The position numbers and the translations under genes are program-made. From Felis catus (taxonomy: Eukaryota), in NCBI RefSeq assembly GCF_018350175.1, contig NC_058368.1, forward strand, positions 199,270,001 to 199,334,000: a stretch of 64,000 nt of DNA, read 5' to 3'. Shown in pieces: positions 37,701 to 50,132 of the stretch; position 1 is the stretch's first letter, and each line of letters opens with the position of its first letter. The notes under the pieces are model-generated. The model ran no database searches. It was not told the DNA's origin and was given only the letters and a program-made list of their open reading frames with translations.

Positions 37701-38861
37701 AGGTATAATATTGTGAAAATACCTATAAGATTACTACATACATAAAGTCTTTTGAAATAAAAAAAAATTATTTCAGCTTTATCCCTGATTTTTTGATGTG
37801 CTGAAACGAATTCTTAGTAACTATGTTTTGCTTACCTTACCAGTCCATACCTTTTAAAATATTGCCCTACCACACCTTTAAAAATATTACTTTCTTTTTG
37901 GGACTTGAATGTTAAAGAGAACTGGTGAAATGAACAGTATTTTAAAAACTATGATCGAAGGCATTCTATGACATTCTATCACATGTTTTCCTTGCCTCTT
38001 CAGCGATCTCCATCAGGTGCTGAGACACCCCGGGCAAAGCCGGAGCCTCATTTCCCAAGAGCGACTGGTCTCAGCGATACTGATGACGACTTACTACACT
38101 TTCCAGCCGGACTTTCTTCTCTACTGGGAGGTTTTATTTACTCCACCCGCTCAGCCCACCAGGCACTCAAACCACAAGAAAAACGTGGCCAATTTCTCTT
38201 TGGAGCATCAGTTTTGCGCTAGCATAAGGATGTTTAAACATCATTTTGCATTAAAATGACAGATATCTTATGGAATACAATGCAAAACTCTCATAATGTT
38301 TTAATTCAAACATGAGACTTTGAAGAAATTTCAGGATTGTGAGGGCCTTGCAGATTTTTTCATTCTGCAGCTAGGGTGCTTAAGTAGAAAAGTGTGAGAA
38401 ATAGTGAATTAACACACAGAAAGGTGTAATCTTTTTTTTTGTTTTCTTTCCCTAGCTTTATAGTAGTTCGCGTACATACACCATTATCTTCAATGAGTTT
38501 TCCTTATCCAAATTCTTCTATCTCTAAAAAACCCCAAGCTCTGAAGCCAGGGCTTTTTAACAAAAGAAGACCTGGAACAGCAGCATGAATTCCACTGAAA
38601 TCCAAAATGAATGGTATTTCAAGGATATGGCAGTACTGAGTCACATGTAGGGGAGTAATATTGTTGTTACTATTTTTCTCCTTTAAAAAAAGGAAAATGT
38701 TTTCATACTTCTAAATATATTTATTTATTTGGAAAAAATAAACAATATTGAAAAAGAAAAAGACAGAACTAAAATTCACCCAGGTTCTTATCAACCTGAA
38801 ATTAATGTTGCTCATTGAACAACATATTTATTCAATACTCACTGTATGGCAGAGACATCTT

Positions 38862-38865
<4 letters not shown>

Positions 38866-38898
<33 letters not shown>
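38866..38898 (+). repeat. (CA)n microsatellite
   Basis: Uninterrupted AC repeats. Confidence 0.97.
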
Positions 38899-38901
<3 letters not shown>

Positions 38902-41279
38902 TTTATGTAAACAAGGACATACCATACATGCTGTTCTAGTACTTGCTTTTTTATAATAGAAAGATGTCACAGACAACAAATACACCTATATCATCATTTT
39001 TAATAGTTGTCTAGTATTTCTTTTTGCAGTGCTAGGCTACTTAACCATTGCTGTTATGGTCTTTCTCAATGTCTTATCCCCACACCAATCTTTGGAGACT
39101 GAAGCTTTCTCAAGTTTACTACAAACATAAGTATTTCTGACATTTCATGATTTTTTGACTGCAAACTGCAAAAGACAGTCCTTGTACATATTTATGAGTT
39201 TATGTATTCATATATGAATGTATGTTTACAATATGTATATATGCTTGACATATGTATTGCCATATTTATTTTTAAGTCTTACTCTTGATGTAAAATTATC
39301 CTCTCCACAGGTTATGATAAGAAAACAAGTATCTTTAGCAATTCCATCAGATAATAGGTTATTTGCAAAGCAAGCCTGCATAAGGTCTCTACTTATGACA
39401 CAGTCATTTCCTTTGCAAGTTGTCTTTCCGAACTGTAACCACTGTCTTGACGATGAATACACCTAACTGGATCTTAATTCTCAGAAAAAAATGCACAACT
39501 TCAGCATGTCTTCCTTGGTTATTCTTGTCCCTTTCTTTGTGCTTCATCTTCTCATGGAGTTAATCACCCAAACTGAATTTCCTCTGGGGAAACTGTATGC
39601 ACATTTTCTGCATAATCTCTTGAGGTTAAAGGCTTTGAGGATCTTTGTACATAATGGAAGAGGAGAGTCCTTTGACTACAATTGTCTTAATCCTTAAGAT
39701 GTTTTGTGTGGAGTGAATGGGGAAGCCATCATTTCTTCTAAGGCTTCCTGGGACAGAATCTGCAAGATATTTGGTTCTTGGTGATTTTATTGAGTAATGC
39801 ATTGAATAGATGAAGTTAATAATTACTAAATAAGCACATGCTAAATAAGTTCTCTGTAACTATATTTTAAGGTTAATTGGTACCCTCAGGTTATATCTAA
39901 TTATATGTGACAACATTTCATAATGAAAAAGGCATTTGTCTTGTTGAACTGAGCAATTTCTTCAATTGATGATGCAGGTTGAACAACATTACTCCTAGCT
40001 GGGTTTGGCACATAAAAATTTTTCTTATTGTAGGGAGAATTTTATTTTTTCCACCATATTTTACATAGAGACAGGCTTTTGCTTAATAATTATTTTGTTC
40101 CTAATATCTTGATCTTAAACCAGAGCTCATACGGAAGTCTCTTAGAAATAGAATTATAAAATTATTTCATGCTGTATGTAGCTAGATTTAACACAGAGTC
40201 AAAGGAACAGTCTCTCCTTTGTTTCTTTAATTGTTCCCAAAAGAAAATTCATAGACTCACATCTCTCCTCCTGTTACTTAACCTGCAGAACATTGTCAAA
40301 TATAATTGATATATTTAAGAACTTGGAAGCCCAATGGAGATATTGGATTTCTCTTTCTAGAATACATTTTTTTAAAAGAGACTTTTATATTTCTCTAGAG
40401 TGCAGCAGCTTGCCTTTAGGTAATAAAATGAACAAGACTTCTTGAGTCTGCTTTAGCCTCATAACAGGGTGATCCTAGCAGACCATATCAGCTTTACTTA
40501 TCTCTCTCTTATTTTTAATTTTCTCCGGAGGTAGATGAACCCCAGCACATTAAACAGGGGATTACTCAAAAATCCCAGAAGTTTGATTTCCAGAATCTAT
40601 TTTTTTAGTCTGTCTTGCTTTGGTTGTGGAAATATAGACAAATAGGATTTGAAATATTTTGGAAAGTAATTCGTAAATCTTCTATGGCTTAGTCATGTAT
40701 TTCTTCATTGTGAGTCAAACTCCAATCTACATTTCCTAGGATTAAACCTGAAAATAAACTTAAATGATTCTGAAAGTAATGCATGCTCTTCATAAAATAT
40801 TTTTAAGACATAGACAAGTATGAATAACTATGTCCATAACATAACCATCCAGAGATAACCATGATAGGCATTTTGATGCATTTTTCCTAGTCTTTTCTCC
40901 ACATGTAAATAAATTTTTATACATATATATGTGAACCTTCTGTTTGTCCATATTTACATATATTTGTTTAAGATAGATTCTGGATGTGAGATTACTAGAT
41001 AAGAGAATGAACTTTTTTAAAGATTTTATTTTTAAGTAACCTCTATACCCAACATGGGGCTCAAACTTACAACCCTGAGATTAAGAGTCACAGGCTTTAT
41101 CGACCAAGCCAGCCAGGCTCCTGGAAATGAATATTTTTTGTGGTCTTAAGTCCTATCACATGGTTCAGAACAGATTTGTGGCAATTTATAGCTTCACCAG
41201 CTGTGAATGTGTATGCCTTCTGTTTTTTGGGTCACTTGCTTACATTGAATATTCATTCTGATTAAAGCTAATTTGGTAG

Positions 41280-41739
41280 GAACAGTGGGCTGAATGGTGG
41301 CCCCCCAAAAGATAAATCTACATCTTAATATCCAGATTCTGTGAATATTACCTTATGTGGCAAAAGATGAAATTAAAGATTTTGAGAGGAGGATTTATTC
41401 TGGATTAGCCAGGTGGGCCATAAGTGGTATCTTACACATTTGTATAAGGGAGAGGCAGAGGAAATTTTGACGCAGACACAGAGAAAAGAAGACAACGTGA
41501 AGATAAAGGCAGAGATTGGAGATTGTGATGGGAACACAACCCAGGGATGCCATGGAGAAGTCCCCAGATGATGGAAGATGTAAGGAACAGATTTTCCTCA
41601 AAGCTCCCGAAGGGAAGTGGCCTTGCCAACACCTTGATTTTGAACTTCTGGCCTACAGAATTGTGAGAGAATAAATTTCTATTGTTTTAAGCCACTAGGT
41701 TCTAGTGATTTGTTATAGCAGTCACAGGAAATGAATACA
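41280..41739 (+). mobile_element. MLT1C/D-type MaLR solo LTR
   Basis: 'ggctgaatggtggccccccaaaagat...tgtgaatattaccttatgtggcaaaag...aataaatttctattgttttaagccactag...ttgttatagcagtcacaggaaatgaataca'. Confidence 0.88.
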
Positions 41740-41959
41740 ACAGGTAAAAATCACATTTCAGTGTTGATTTCATCTGCATTTCCCTCACCAGAGACATATT
41801 TTATTTTTTTAATTTTTTAAATTTAAAAAAATTTTAAAAGTAATCTCTGCACCCAACATGGGGTTCAAACTCATGACCCCAAGATCTAAAGTCACATGCT
41901 CTACTAACTGAGCCAGCCAGGCACCCCAAGACATGACTGTTTTAAATTTTATTTATTTA

Positions 41960-43450
41960 ATGAATAATAAGACCGGATGAAAATGGGACATAAAACAGAA
42001 AAGAGAGAAACCAGTTGGAGGCTACGGCAGTATTTTAGAAGAGAAAAACACCATGGCTTGAAATAAGATAGTGGAGTAAGGATGAAGAAAACAGACTGGG
42101 GAGATAGCTGAAGTTTAAAAAAGTAAGACCTAGGGGCACCTGGCTGGCTCAGTGGGTAGACCATGCGATTCTTGATCTCAGGGTCATGAATTTGAAACCC
42201 ATGTAGGGCATGGAGCCTACTTAAAATAAAAAATAAAATAAAATAAAATAAGAATAAAAAGACAAGACCTAGTGATTGATTACACAAGACCATGAAGAGG
42301 GAGAAGATGAGGAGAAAGAACAACTAAGTGGGTGATTATGCCATTTACTGAGATAGAAAATATGGAAGAAGAGAAGCAGATTTGGAGGAAAAATAAAGAA
42401 TTTAGTTAGAATGGCTTAAGGTGCCCTGTGAGACATGCATGTGAACATGTCCAAGGGGTTGCTGGCTATAGGTCTAGAGCTCAGGACAGAGATCTTGGCT
42501 AAAGCCATACACTTGTAAGTCATCAGCATTTTGAAGCTATCCACATGTGTGAGGATTTTCTAGATAGAGTGCTCAGGGTACAAAACAAACAAGGCTTGGG
42601 ACAAAACAGTGAGGAACAGCATAAGAGGGATGGTCAGAGAAAATCTTAAGCTGGGAGAGTAAGAGGGGGCAAAACTGAGAAGAATGTTTTTTAAGGACAG
42701 AGCGATCAACAGCATTAGGCTGACAGAGGCCAGCTTGCAGTATCTTCAGAATATGCCTCAGCTTTCAGACTGAGACCAAGCCTGCAGCCAATGATGGAGC
42801 ATGACAAGCGCATCAAGTAAGTGAGGGCATTTCTGCCTAGCACAGGGCTTTTTCAAGGAGCAATGTTCGCTCCAGCGCTTACTGTTGAATTGACTGAGAA
42901 TTTTTCAGATTTGCACCACCATCTGAATGCATTCCATGCCCATATCCTGCTTTTTCCCCCTTTCATAATTCACAGGCACTATTCCCATATAAACCTCTTG
43001 CACTCTTCACTCTGCCCACCTTTGACACGTGATCTTGCAAAAATTTATGTGGAATTAGAGGAATTCAAGGAAGCTGAAGAGTAAATGCACAGTAAAGTTC
43101 AAGACCTTTAATGGTGAAGAGGGAGAGGATAGAAACTGGAGAGGGTACTTGAGCCAATAGGGACTTTCTCCTTAAGATGGAGCAGGCATGACATTTTTCA
43201 ATCTACTGATTTAGGAATGAATGGAAAGAAAGTGTGATAGCCCAAGATCCCTGAGAAAAGTGAAAGGATGGAATCCTGAACATAGCTGGAGGAATTCAGC
43301 TGAGACAGAAGGAGAAATCTCTCCTCCATAGTGGGAGGGGGAAAGAAAGGAAGGACTTGTAAGCTTACAGATGCTGTACCATAGCGGGTGAGACCATCTG
43401 CTGAGAAGGAGGAAAGAGATGATAGAGTACATGTTCAAGGACAGCATAGA
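41960..43450 (-). mobile_element. L2 fragments (minus) with a SINE and a probable LTR piece (about 42720-43040)
   Basis: 'gccatttactgagatagaaaatatggaagaagagaagcagatttgg' and 'ggtctagagctcaggacagagatcttggct...gtcatcagcat'. Confidence 0.7.
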
Positions 43451-44229
43451 GGGTTCATTGTAGCTATTTTACAGGATGGTTAACAGTGAAGCGCTAGAAG
43501 CTTTCCAATTTATGCATGGACTAGACAGAAGTATTCATGATTGCCAGTTGTAGCACTTACGGTTCTCAGCAGGAGACAGATGATACACTCAAATTGGAAT
43601 ATTGAGAAGAGAAAGTAACAAAGGAATATTTCTAACGGTTTAGGCAGCAAATAAGGGAAACAGTAAGATAGAGTGCAACACTCCAGGCTGGTAACCCAGA
43701 GCACTGCTATCAGTCCCAGGACTAAAGTGGGAAAAAGAGGAAACAATTACTAGAACTCAGAGACTTAAAAAGCTTCATGGAGAGGCTAGTTTTTAGGAGT
43801 AGGGACTTTTTTTTAAAATATTTATTTATTTATTTTAGAGAGAGCACAGGGGAGGGGCAAAGAGAGATGGAGACAATCCCAAGCAGACCCTGTACTGTCA
43901 GCACAGAGCCCCATATGGGACTTAATCCTACAAGCCATGAGATCATGACCTGAGCCAAAATCAAGAGTCTGATGCTTACTTCACCGACTGAGCCACCCAG
44001 GCACTCTTAGGAGCAGGGACTTTTGATAGGATAGGAGACCCAGCAATTCATAGGGACCCACAAGTAGGGAGGTGGGAGAAAAACACTTAGATCTCACTCT
44101 CCTTAATCCCTTCCATCTGTTTGTTGGCTACTTTACCAGAATCCAGAAGGCAAAGGAATCTGTGTTGTGGTTCCTAACAGATCAGCCTCCTGGAGACAGA
44201 TTAGGGTGGAGAAAGGTGAATCTGGAGAA

Positions 44230-46200
44230 TTATGACATGCCCTACATTAAAATGTACCATAAAGCTACCAATAAAAAAAAAAAGTACATTATCGGCTCAT
44301 GAATAGGTTTATAGAAAACCCTGTTTTGTCTAAAAATAGGACAAAGTATATACACATGTATTTATTATACAGTAAAGGTGATTTCAAAACAGTGGAACAA
44401 AAGGTGAATTATTCACCAAGTGATATTTTATTTTATTTTATTTTATTTTATTTTTGAGACAGAGAAACAGAGCATGAGTGGGGGAGGGGCAGAGAGAGAG
44501 GGAGACACAGAATCTGAAGCGGTCTCCAGTCTCTGAGCTGTCAGCACAGAGTCCTACACAGGGTTCGAATCCACCAACCGTGAGATCATGATCTGAACCG
44601 AAGTTGGACACTTAACCAACAGAGCCACCCAGGAGCAGCCCCCCCTCCACTTTTTTTTATGTCCAAGTGATATTTTAACAGTTGGTTAGTGATTTAGAAA
44701 AGATAAGTTGAATCCCTACTTTTAGATCCCTATAAACTTAAAGATAAATCAATGATTTAAATGTAAAAGAACTTGAAGAACAAGATGAGGGATGAAAGAA
44801 AAAAAAAGAACTTAAATAAAATATGAGGGTACATATTTATATTTCATTGGTCAGAAATTATCACAGAAACTAGAAGCTGCATTAAATTTTAAAACATCTT
44901 TATGGTAAAGAATACCATAAGTCAAAAGATGAATAAAAAAATAGGAAAAGTTCACAACTCATGTTAAAAGATTAATAGCCATAATGTACAAATGAATAAA
45001 TCTATAAAAAATAACAATTCAATAGAAAAAAATCAGTAATAGGTTTTAATAAGCCAGTGATACATGAGAAAACATTTTTGGTAGGGGCACTTGGGTGACT
45101 CAGTCAGTTGAGCATCCAACTTCCACTCAGGTCATGATCTGAGTTAGAGACCCACATCAGGCTCGCAGAGTGAGTTAGAGCCCCAGAGTGAGTCAGAGCC
45201 CTACATCGGGTTCCGCAGCTGTCAGTGCAAAGCCTGCTTCAGATCTTCTGTCCCTCTCTCTTTCTGCTCCTCCCCCACTAGCGCTTGCTCACTTTCTATC
45301 TCTCTTAAAATAAACACTGAAAAAATAATAAAAAATAAATGCTTGTTCATTTTTGAAAGAGAGAGCATGGGCAGGGGAGGGGCAGATAAGAGGGAAACAG
45401 AGGATCTGAAGCATGAAGCAGGCTCTGCACTGACAGGAGAGAGCCAGATGCTGGGCTGGAATTCACAACGCCCACCCCCCCCCCAACCTCCCCAGATCAT
45501 GACCTGAGCTGAAGTCGGATGCTTAACCAACTGAGCCACCCAGGCGCCCCATGAAAATGAATAAACATTTAAGACAAAAAAGAAAAAAACACAATTTGGT
45601 ACATAAAAATGACAATACACTCAGCTTCATTAATAATCAAAGTCATGTAACTAAAAACAATTGTGAAATATAATTTCCACATCTATAAAGTTTTAAAAGA
45701 TTGAAATGACTCCCTGTTGTAGGACGTGAAGGAAAACAGACCCTCTAATTCATGGGAATACATAAATCAATACAATTTTCCTTTAAGGCAAATTGACACA
45801 ATGTATCAAAATATGAAATGTATATAGCTTTTGACCCACCGATCTTCTAGAATTTATTCCAAGGGGTAATTGTACAAGTGCATAATGATATATCTATTAG
45901 AATGTCCATTCTGGCTTTGTTTTTTTCTTTTTCTTTTCTTTTCTTTCTTTTTTTTTTTTTTTTAAGTCTCTTCCCAATCCATTAATATGGAACTGGACAA
46001 GAAAACTAGCATACAATTCCACAGTGGAATACTCTGTAGCCATTAAAGTTAATATGTTTCTATATTAATTCATGTGAAAATACATCCAAAGCTTCTGTCA
46101 GTGAAAAAGACAGTGCATATAGAATAATTCCATTTATTTAAAATTGATTATTAAGCATACTACTCTGGAATCGTAATGTCTAGAAAGATATTCACAAAAT
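44230..46200 (+). mobile_element. Degraded L1 (L1MC/ME-like) fragments with three Can-SINEs
   Basis: 'acattaaaatgtaccataaagctac', 'cttttgacccaccgatcttctagaatttattccaagg' and 'gtggaatactctgtagccattaaa'. Confidence 0.7.
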
Positions 46201-47078
46201 TGTTAGCAGCAGTTATCATTAGGTGTTGGTATTTGGGCTGCTTTTTCGTATTTGGCTTTTCTGTTCTCATTAAATTTCTAAAATGAAATATGTGTAATTT
46301 TACCATATATATGGCTAAGGTTATTTTTAACATATAATAAAGGAAGGAATGAAATTGCTTATGTGAAAACTAGAAGCAATTATTATGTAGAAAATATAGA
46401 ATTTCAGGAAATACTAACAGTCTAGGCAAAATGGAAATCACCCACTTATGTCACCAACATTAGTGATGATACAGTATTTTCTGGTAGAGCTTAGTGCCTC
46501 TATAGTCTATTTTCTGAAAATTCTCCTTTGAGGGGTGCCTGGCTGGCTCAGTCAGAAGAGCATGTGAATCTTGATCTCAGGGTCATGAGTTCAAGTCCCA
46601 TGTTGGTGTAGAGATTATTTAAACAAATTTTCTTTTAAAAACTTAAAAAAAATTATCCTTTGAATATCAAGAACCAATCTCATGAACTCAGATTACAGAT
46701 TTTATAACCCATAGCATAAAGAATGAGGAAAACATGAGGGATGGAAATTAACTATCAGACAGGAAGAGGAAAGAAAGTTTTATAGGATGGGAGAAAAGGA
46801 GACAGGTTTTGAAGGAATGCAACCAGAGAGATAAGAAGCATAATTGGACTCCTAAAGAGGGATTTGCTGAGTCATCATTCTGGGCCTTGGGTGGGTGTGG
46901 CAAGATGATGGAAACCCAGATAGCTTGAGGAGGAATCTGGACCTCCAGACTTATAGTCTGACTTATTGCTTTATCTATTATTGCTCTGGAATGTCAAATC
47001 AGTAAGGTCCTGGGAAGTTACCCACAGCCCATGGCCTTCACATGCTACTTAGCAATATGATGCAGAGATGCTCAAAGA

Positions 47079-47806
47079 TGGTAAGAATTCTACACTCAAT
47101 TCCAAAGTGGGTGTGTGTGGGAGGAGTTCTCCACATCACCAGGCAAGAAATTCTCAGACACCAGCTGGGTGTCCTACAATTCAACTCAATTCTGACACTA
47201 TCTACTACCCGGAGATTAGTGTTAGATTCCACAGGCTAAGAGTTCAGTCCTACAAGACTACCCTCCCCCCAATTCTCTTACTCCCCAACCTCTACCCATT
47301 TCAGATGCCAATGGAAAGACCAGGTTGTTACTTGTGCTTCTGACCAAATGACCATACATGAGAGATTCCCATGACACCCTCCTTGGGTTTAATGAATTTG
47401 CTAGAGCGGCTCACAAAACTCAGAAGAACATTTTACTTACTGGACATTTTACTTACCTGGAAACACTCCAAATCTTGTCCTTTGGTCCTTTTATGGAGGC
47501 TTCATTACACAGGCAAGATTGATTAAATCATTAGCCATTGATGATTGATTCAACCTCCAGCCCCTATCCCCTCCCCAGAGGGCTGATGAGGGCAGAACTG
47601 AAAGTTCCAACCCTCTAATCACAGGGTTGGTACTCTTGCAACCAGCCCCCATCCTTAGGTGAGGTTCCAAAGTTACCTCATTAACATAATAAGAGACACC
47701 TGTATCTGCTCTCATCACAGGAAATTCCAAGGGTTTTAGAAGCTCTGTGCCAGAAATGGGGACAGAGATCAAATATATATGTCTTATTATAAATCCCAAT
47801 ATCACA
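47079..47806 (-). mobile_element. MER21-family/carnivore ERV solo LTR
   Basis: 'gacaccagctgggtgtcctacaattcaactcaattctgacact', 'aatttgctagagcggctcaca', 'ctgaaagttccaaccctctaatcac'; ends ...aatatcaca. Confidence 0.8.
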
Positions 47807-48000
47807 GACTGACAGATCAAAGTGGTTGGGCCTGAGAAAAGAAAGCTGGAGTTGGGGAGACTTACAACCAGAAGCCATGATGGGGATGGTAGTCATTAGT
47901 AGTAGTCAACATGAAGGCCCAGAGACTCTTCAGCAGATGCCCATGCCCACTGCTAAGGAAACAAGTTAATCACACTGCATTGGAGAGAGAATACCCAGAG

Positions 48001-49006
48001 CAGAGCTGTCCAATGAAATATAATGCAAGCTATGAATATAATTTAAAAATTTTCTGGTAGCTACATTGAAAAGGTAAAAAAAAAAAAAAAAAAAAAAGGA
48101 TGAAATCAGAGCAGCTGTGTGGCTCGGTTGGTTGAGTGCCCACTCTTGGTTTCAGCTCAGATATGGTCTTATGGTTCATGAGTTCAAGCCCCACGTCTGG
48201 CTCTGCACTGACAGTACAGACAGAGCCTGCTCAGGATTCTTTCTCTGCCCCTCCCCCATTTGTGCTTGTGTGTGCTCTGTCTCTCAAACTAAATAAGTTA
48301 AAAAAAAATTTTTTTTTAAATGAAATTAATTTTAATACTTTCACACAGGGGTACCTGGCTGGCTCAGTCAGTACAGCGTGTGACTCTTGATCTCAGGGTT
48401 GTGAGTTCAAGACCCATGTTGGGCCTAGAGCATACTTAAAAAAAAAAAAAAAGTTAACATGCAGTTGACTCTTGCACAACATGGGTTTGAACTGTGTAGA
48501 TCAAATTATATAAGATTTAAAAAAAATAAATACAGCATAGTGCTACAAATGTATTGTCTCTTCCTTTTCTTCAATTTTTCTTTTCTCTAGCTTACTTTGT
48601 TGTAAGAATACAGTATATGATGCATATAGCCTACAAAAAAATGTGTTAATCCACTGTTTATGTTATAGGTAAGGCTTCTGGTCAGCAGTAATCTATTAAT
48701 AGTTCAGTGGTGGGGGGGAAGGAGTCAAAGTTATATTAGGATTTTCAATTGTGCAGGGGTCAGCACTCCTAAGCCCTGTTTGGTCAAAAGTCAACTGTAT
48801 TTATTTAATCCAACAAATCCAAAATATTTTCATTTCAACTTTTAATTAACATAAAAATGAGATACTTTATATACATTTTTTTTCCATACTAAGCCTTTGA
48901 AAGTCAGTGTGTATTTCACATTTACAGCATATCTGAATTTGGTCTTGCCACATTTCAAGTGCTCAGTGGCCATTTGTGGCCGGGGACCACTGTACTGGAC
49001 AGCACG
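48001..49006 (+). mobile_element. MER33 (hAT-Charlie) with two nested SINEs and a nested Tigger2a-type element
   Basis: Ends CAGAGCTGTCCAAT ... ACTGGACAGCACG; body 'aaatataatgcaagc...tttctggtagctacatt' and 'gccacatttcaagtgctca'. Confidence 0.85.
48462..48798 (+). mobile_element. Tigger2a-type MITE
   Basis: TIRs CAGTTGACTCTTG...CAAAAGTCAACTG followed by TA; homologous to 16985-17590 in opposite orientation. Confidence 0.85.
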
Positions 49007-49995
49007 GATACAGAGAACAGCAGGCCCTTCTCTTTCCCACCATCATAAACACACAAGCCTCCTTCTCTTCTCAGACCATCTTGGCAAGGAAGAGAGATCA
49101 GGGGACCCTTCCAACAGTAAGAAATGTTTTTGATAGGGAGTTAAAATTATGGATTAAAAGACTTTTTTAATGTTAATTTATTTTTGAGAGAGAGAGAGAG
49201 CACGCGGGAGGAGCAGAGAGGGAAGGAGATGGGGGGTCCAAAGCAGGCTTTCTGCTGACAGCAGAGAGCCTGATGCGAACCTGATGTGGAGCTCAAACTC
49301 AGGAACTGCAAGATCCTGACCTGAGCCAAAGTCCGCCGCTTAACTGACTGAGCCACCCAGGCACCCTGGATTAGGAGACTTTTAACAAGAGAAACAGTTA
49401 ATTTTAACTAGACACTAAGTTTTTCTTCAATGATCAGTGGTAGTGAGGACTGAAGGACAAGATGAGATCATTTAAAATAAAGAAATTATCATTTTTTGTA
49501 CATCTAACGAATACTGGGTACACTTCAACCCATATTACCAAAGATGGAGAACTGTTTTTTTTTTTACTATGAGGGAACCTAGCCATTTCTAAGCATATTG
49601 ATGAAATAAGACACCATTCATCACGTTGTGTTTAGGCATAGTTCTTCAAAAGTTAAGGCAGTATTGCTTCAACCCTCCAGATACTTGTAATCTAAAGCCA
49701 AGGCTACCTATAATGGTAGTCACTGCAAACAAGTTATGATAATTGGGAATGGGGTTTCTTGGGGGACATGAGATTTGTAACTTAGTCTCAAACAACATGT
49801 CAGCACTAGTGCAGTGCTTTAGAAAAACTCCAGGCCTTGGGCCACCTGGGTGGCTCAGCCTGTTAAGCATCTGACTTCTGCTCAGGTCATGATCTCACCA
49901 TCCATGAGTTCAAGCCCAGAGTCAGGCTCTGTGCTGACAGCTCAGAGCCTGGAGCCTGCTTCAAATTCTGTGTCTCCCTCTCTCTGTCCTCTCCC

Positions 49996-50039
<44 letters not shown>

Positions 50040-50132
50040 AATAAACATAAAAAAAAAAAAAAACAAGCTCTAAGCCTCTTCTCTAAGCTGTTTTCATGAC
50101 TGTGTTGCACCTCCCAGGTTGGCTTTCATTTT

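Noticed and set aside
16985..48798. Long inverted similarity between 16985-17590 and 48462-48798 as ends of a giant element
   Set aside because: Two independent Tigger2a-type MITEs, each with its own TIRs and nested in different host repeats.
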